A stretch of DNA of 47,631 bases from Candidatus Krumholzibacteriia bacterium (GTDB lineage Bacteria; Krumholzibacteriota; Krumholzibacteriia; G020349025), in the NCBI GenBank assembly GCA_041613275.1, contig JBFJHN010000001.1, positions 1 to 47,631 on the forward strand. The letters run 5' to 3'. Position numbers and translations under genes: made by a program. Positions 47,459 to 47,631 of this stretch are shown piece after piece (the stretch's first letter is position 1; each line of letters begins with the position of its first letter). A model generated the notes under the pieces. The model searched no databases. It had not been told where the DNA came from and worked only from the letters and a program-made list of their open reading frames with translations.

Positions 47459-47631
47459 ATGGCCAACTCTTTTTATGACACCTTCAAGCAGGGACTCTTG
47501 AACAAAGAGTTCGACCTGGACACCGACGTCATCAAAGCGACGCTCATCGACAGCGCCGACTACACGTACTCGGCGGCGCATGACTTCTACGGTGGCGGCA
47601 CGCCAGACGTCGCCGCTGGCGCGAAGGTCGC
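47459..47631 (+). CDS. hypothetical protein, N-terminal 57 codons only (runs off right edge)
   Basis: AAGGAG 47446-47451, then ATG 47459. Begins MANSFYDTFKQGLLNKEFDLDTDVIKATLIDSADYTYSAAHDFYGGGTPDVAAGAKV... Coding-like, function not recognised. Confidence 0.7.
   Translation, partial: MANSFYDTFKQGLLNKEFDLDTDVIKATLIDSADYTYSAAHDFYGGGTPDVAAGAKV

Noticed and set aside
1-47631. The window as a complete circularly permuted genome, with its right end joining its left end.
   Set aside because: There is no terminal sequence overlap. Joining the ends would make the well-supported plus ORF at 47459 and the minus ORF leaving at position 1 overlap antisense. Sequence is therefore probably missing between portal-side and protease-side genes.
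1-47631. CRISPR arrays, tRNA/tmRNA genes, integrase/att sites, transposases and DNA methyltransferases.
   Set aside because: I saw no regularly spaced direct repeats, no cloverleaf-like segments in the few intergenic gaps, and no tyrosine/serine recombinase, DDE or SAM-methyltransferase motifs in any plausible ORF. This was a by-eye search only. tRNAscan or HMM scans could still find something.

Overview
The window is a high-GC, very tightly packed segment of a tailed (siphovirus-like) phage or prophage. I saw no rRNA, tRNA, CRISPR array, integrase or transposase.

Layout:
- 1-960: a leftward XRE-regulator operon of small genes.
- 1121-19429 (+): the head and tail late genes. These are a protease with a scaffold-like tail, an HK97-type capsid, connector and neck proteins, a large tube protein, a G/GT chaperone pair with a -1 frameshift that the ORF track misses, a 1396-aa tape measure, a 1184-aa tail-tip protein with two LamG domains, fibre-like and secreted proteins, and a 2-TMD holin candidate.
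- 19473-25939 (-): a leftward early operon. Its core is a Ycf46-like AAA+ ATPase, DUF1257 and DUF2997 plus many tiny ORFs, chained by 4-nt start/stop overlaps.
- 25940-26473: the only large non-coding region, holding a near-consensus promoter.
- 26474-40625 (+): a rightward early operon. It carries an RHH regulator, an ERF annealase with a PD-(D/E)XK exonuclease, a wHTH initiator with an internal ori-like G/C-run element, a DnaC-like loader, the deazaguanine cluster, SSB, a second ParB-like paralog, RusA and nin-like small genes. The deazaguanine cluster is ParB-like, queC, dpdA-like, queF, queD, three unknown ORFs, queE, folE and one more unknown ORF.
- 40667-47631 (+): a TerS-like protein, a lipoprotein, a 602-aa protein with a possible glycosidase N-domain, TerL, a portal-MuF fusion and a truncated ORF.

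Most interesting:
- the uncharacterised AAA+/DUF1257/DUF2997 operon;
- the predicted dPreQ1 DNA-hypermodification cluster with embedded unknown ORFs and paired ParB-like proteins;
- the absence of any recognisable endolysin.

All functional calls come from motif reading by eye. No database search was run.
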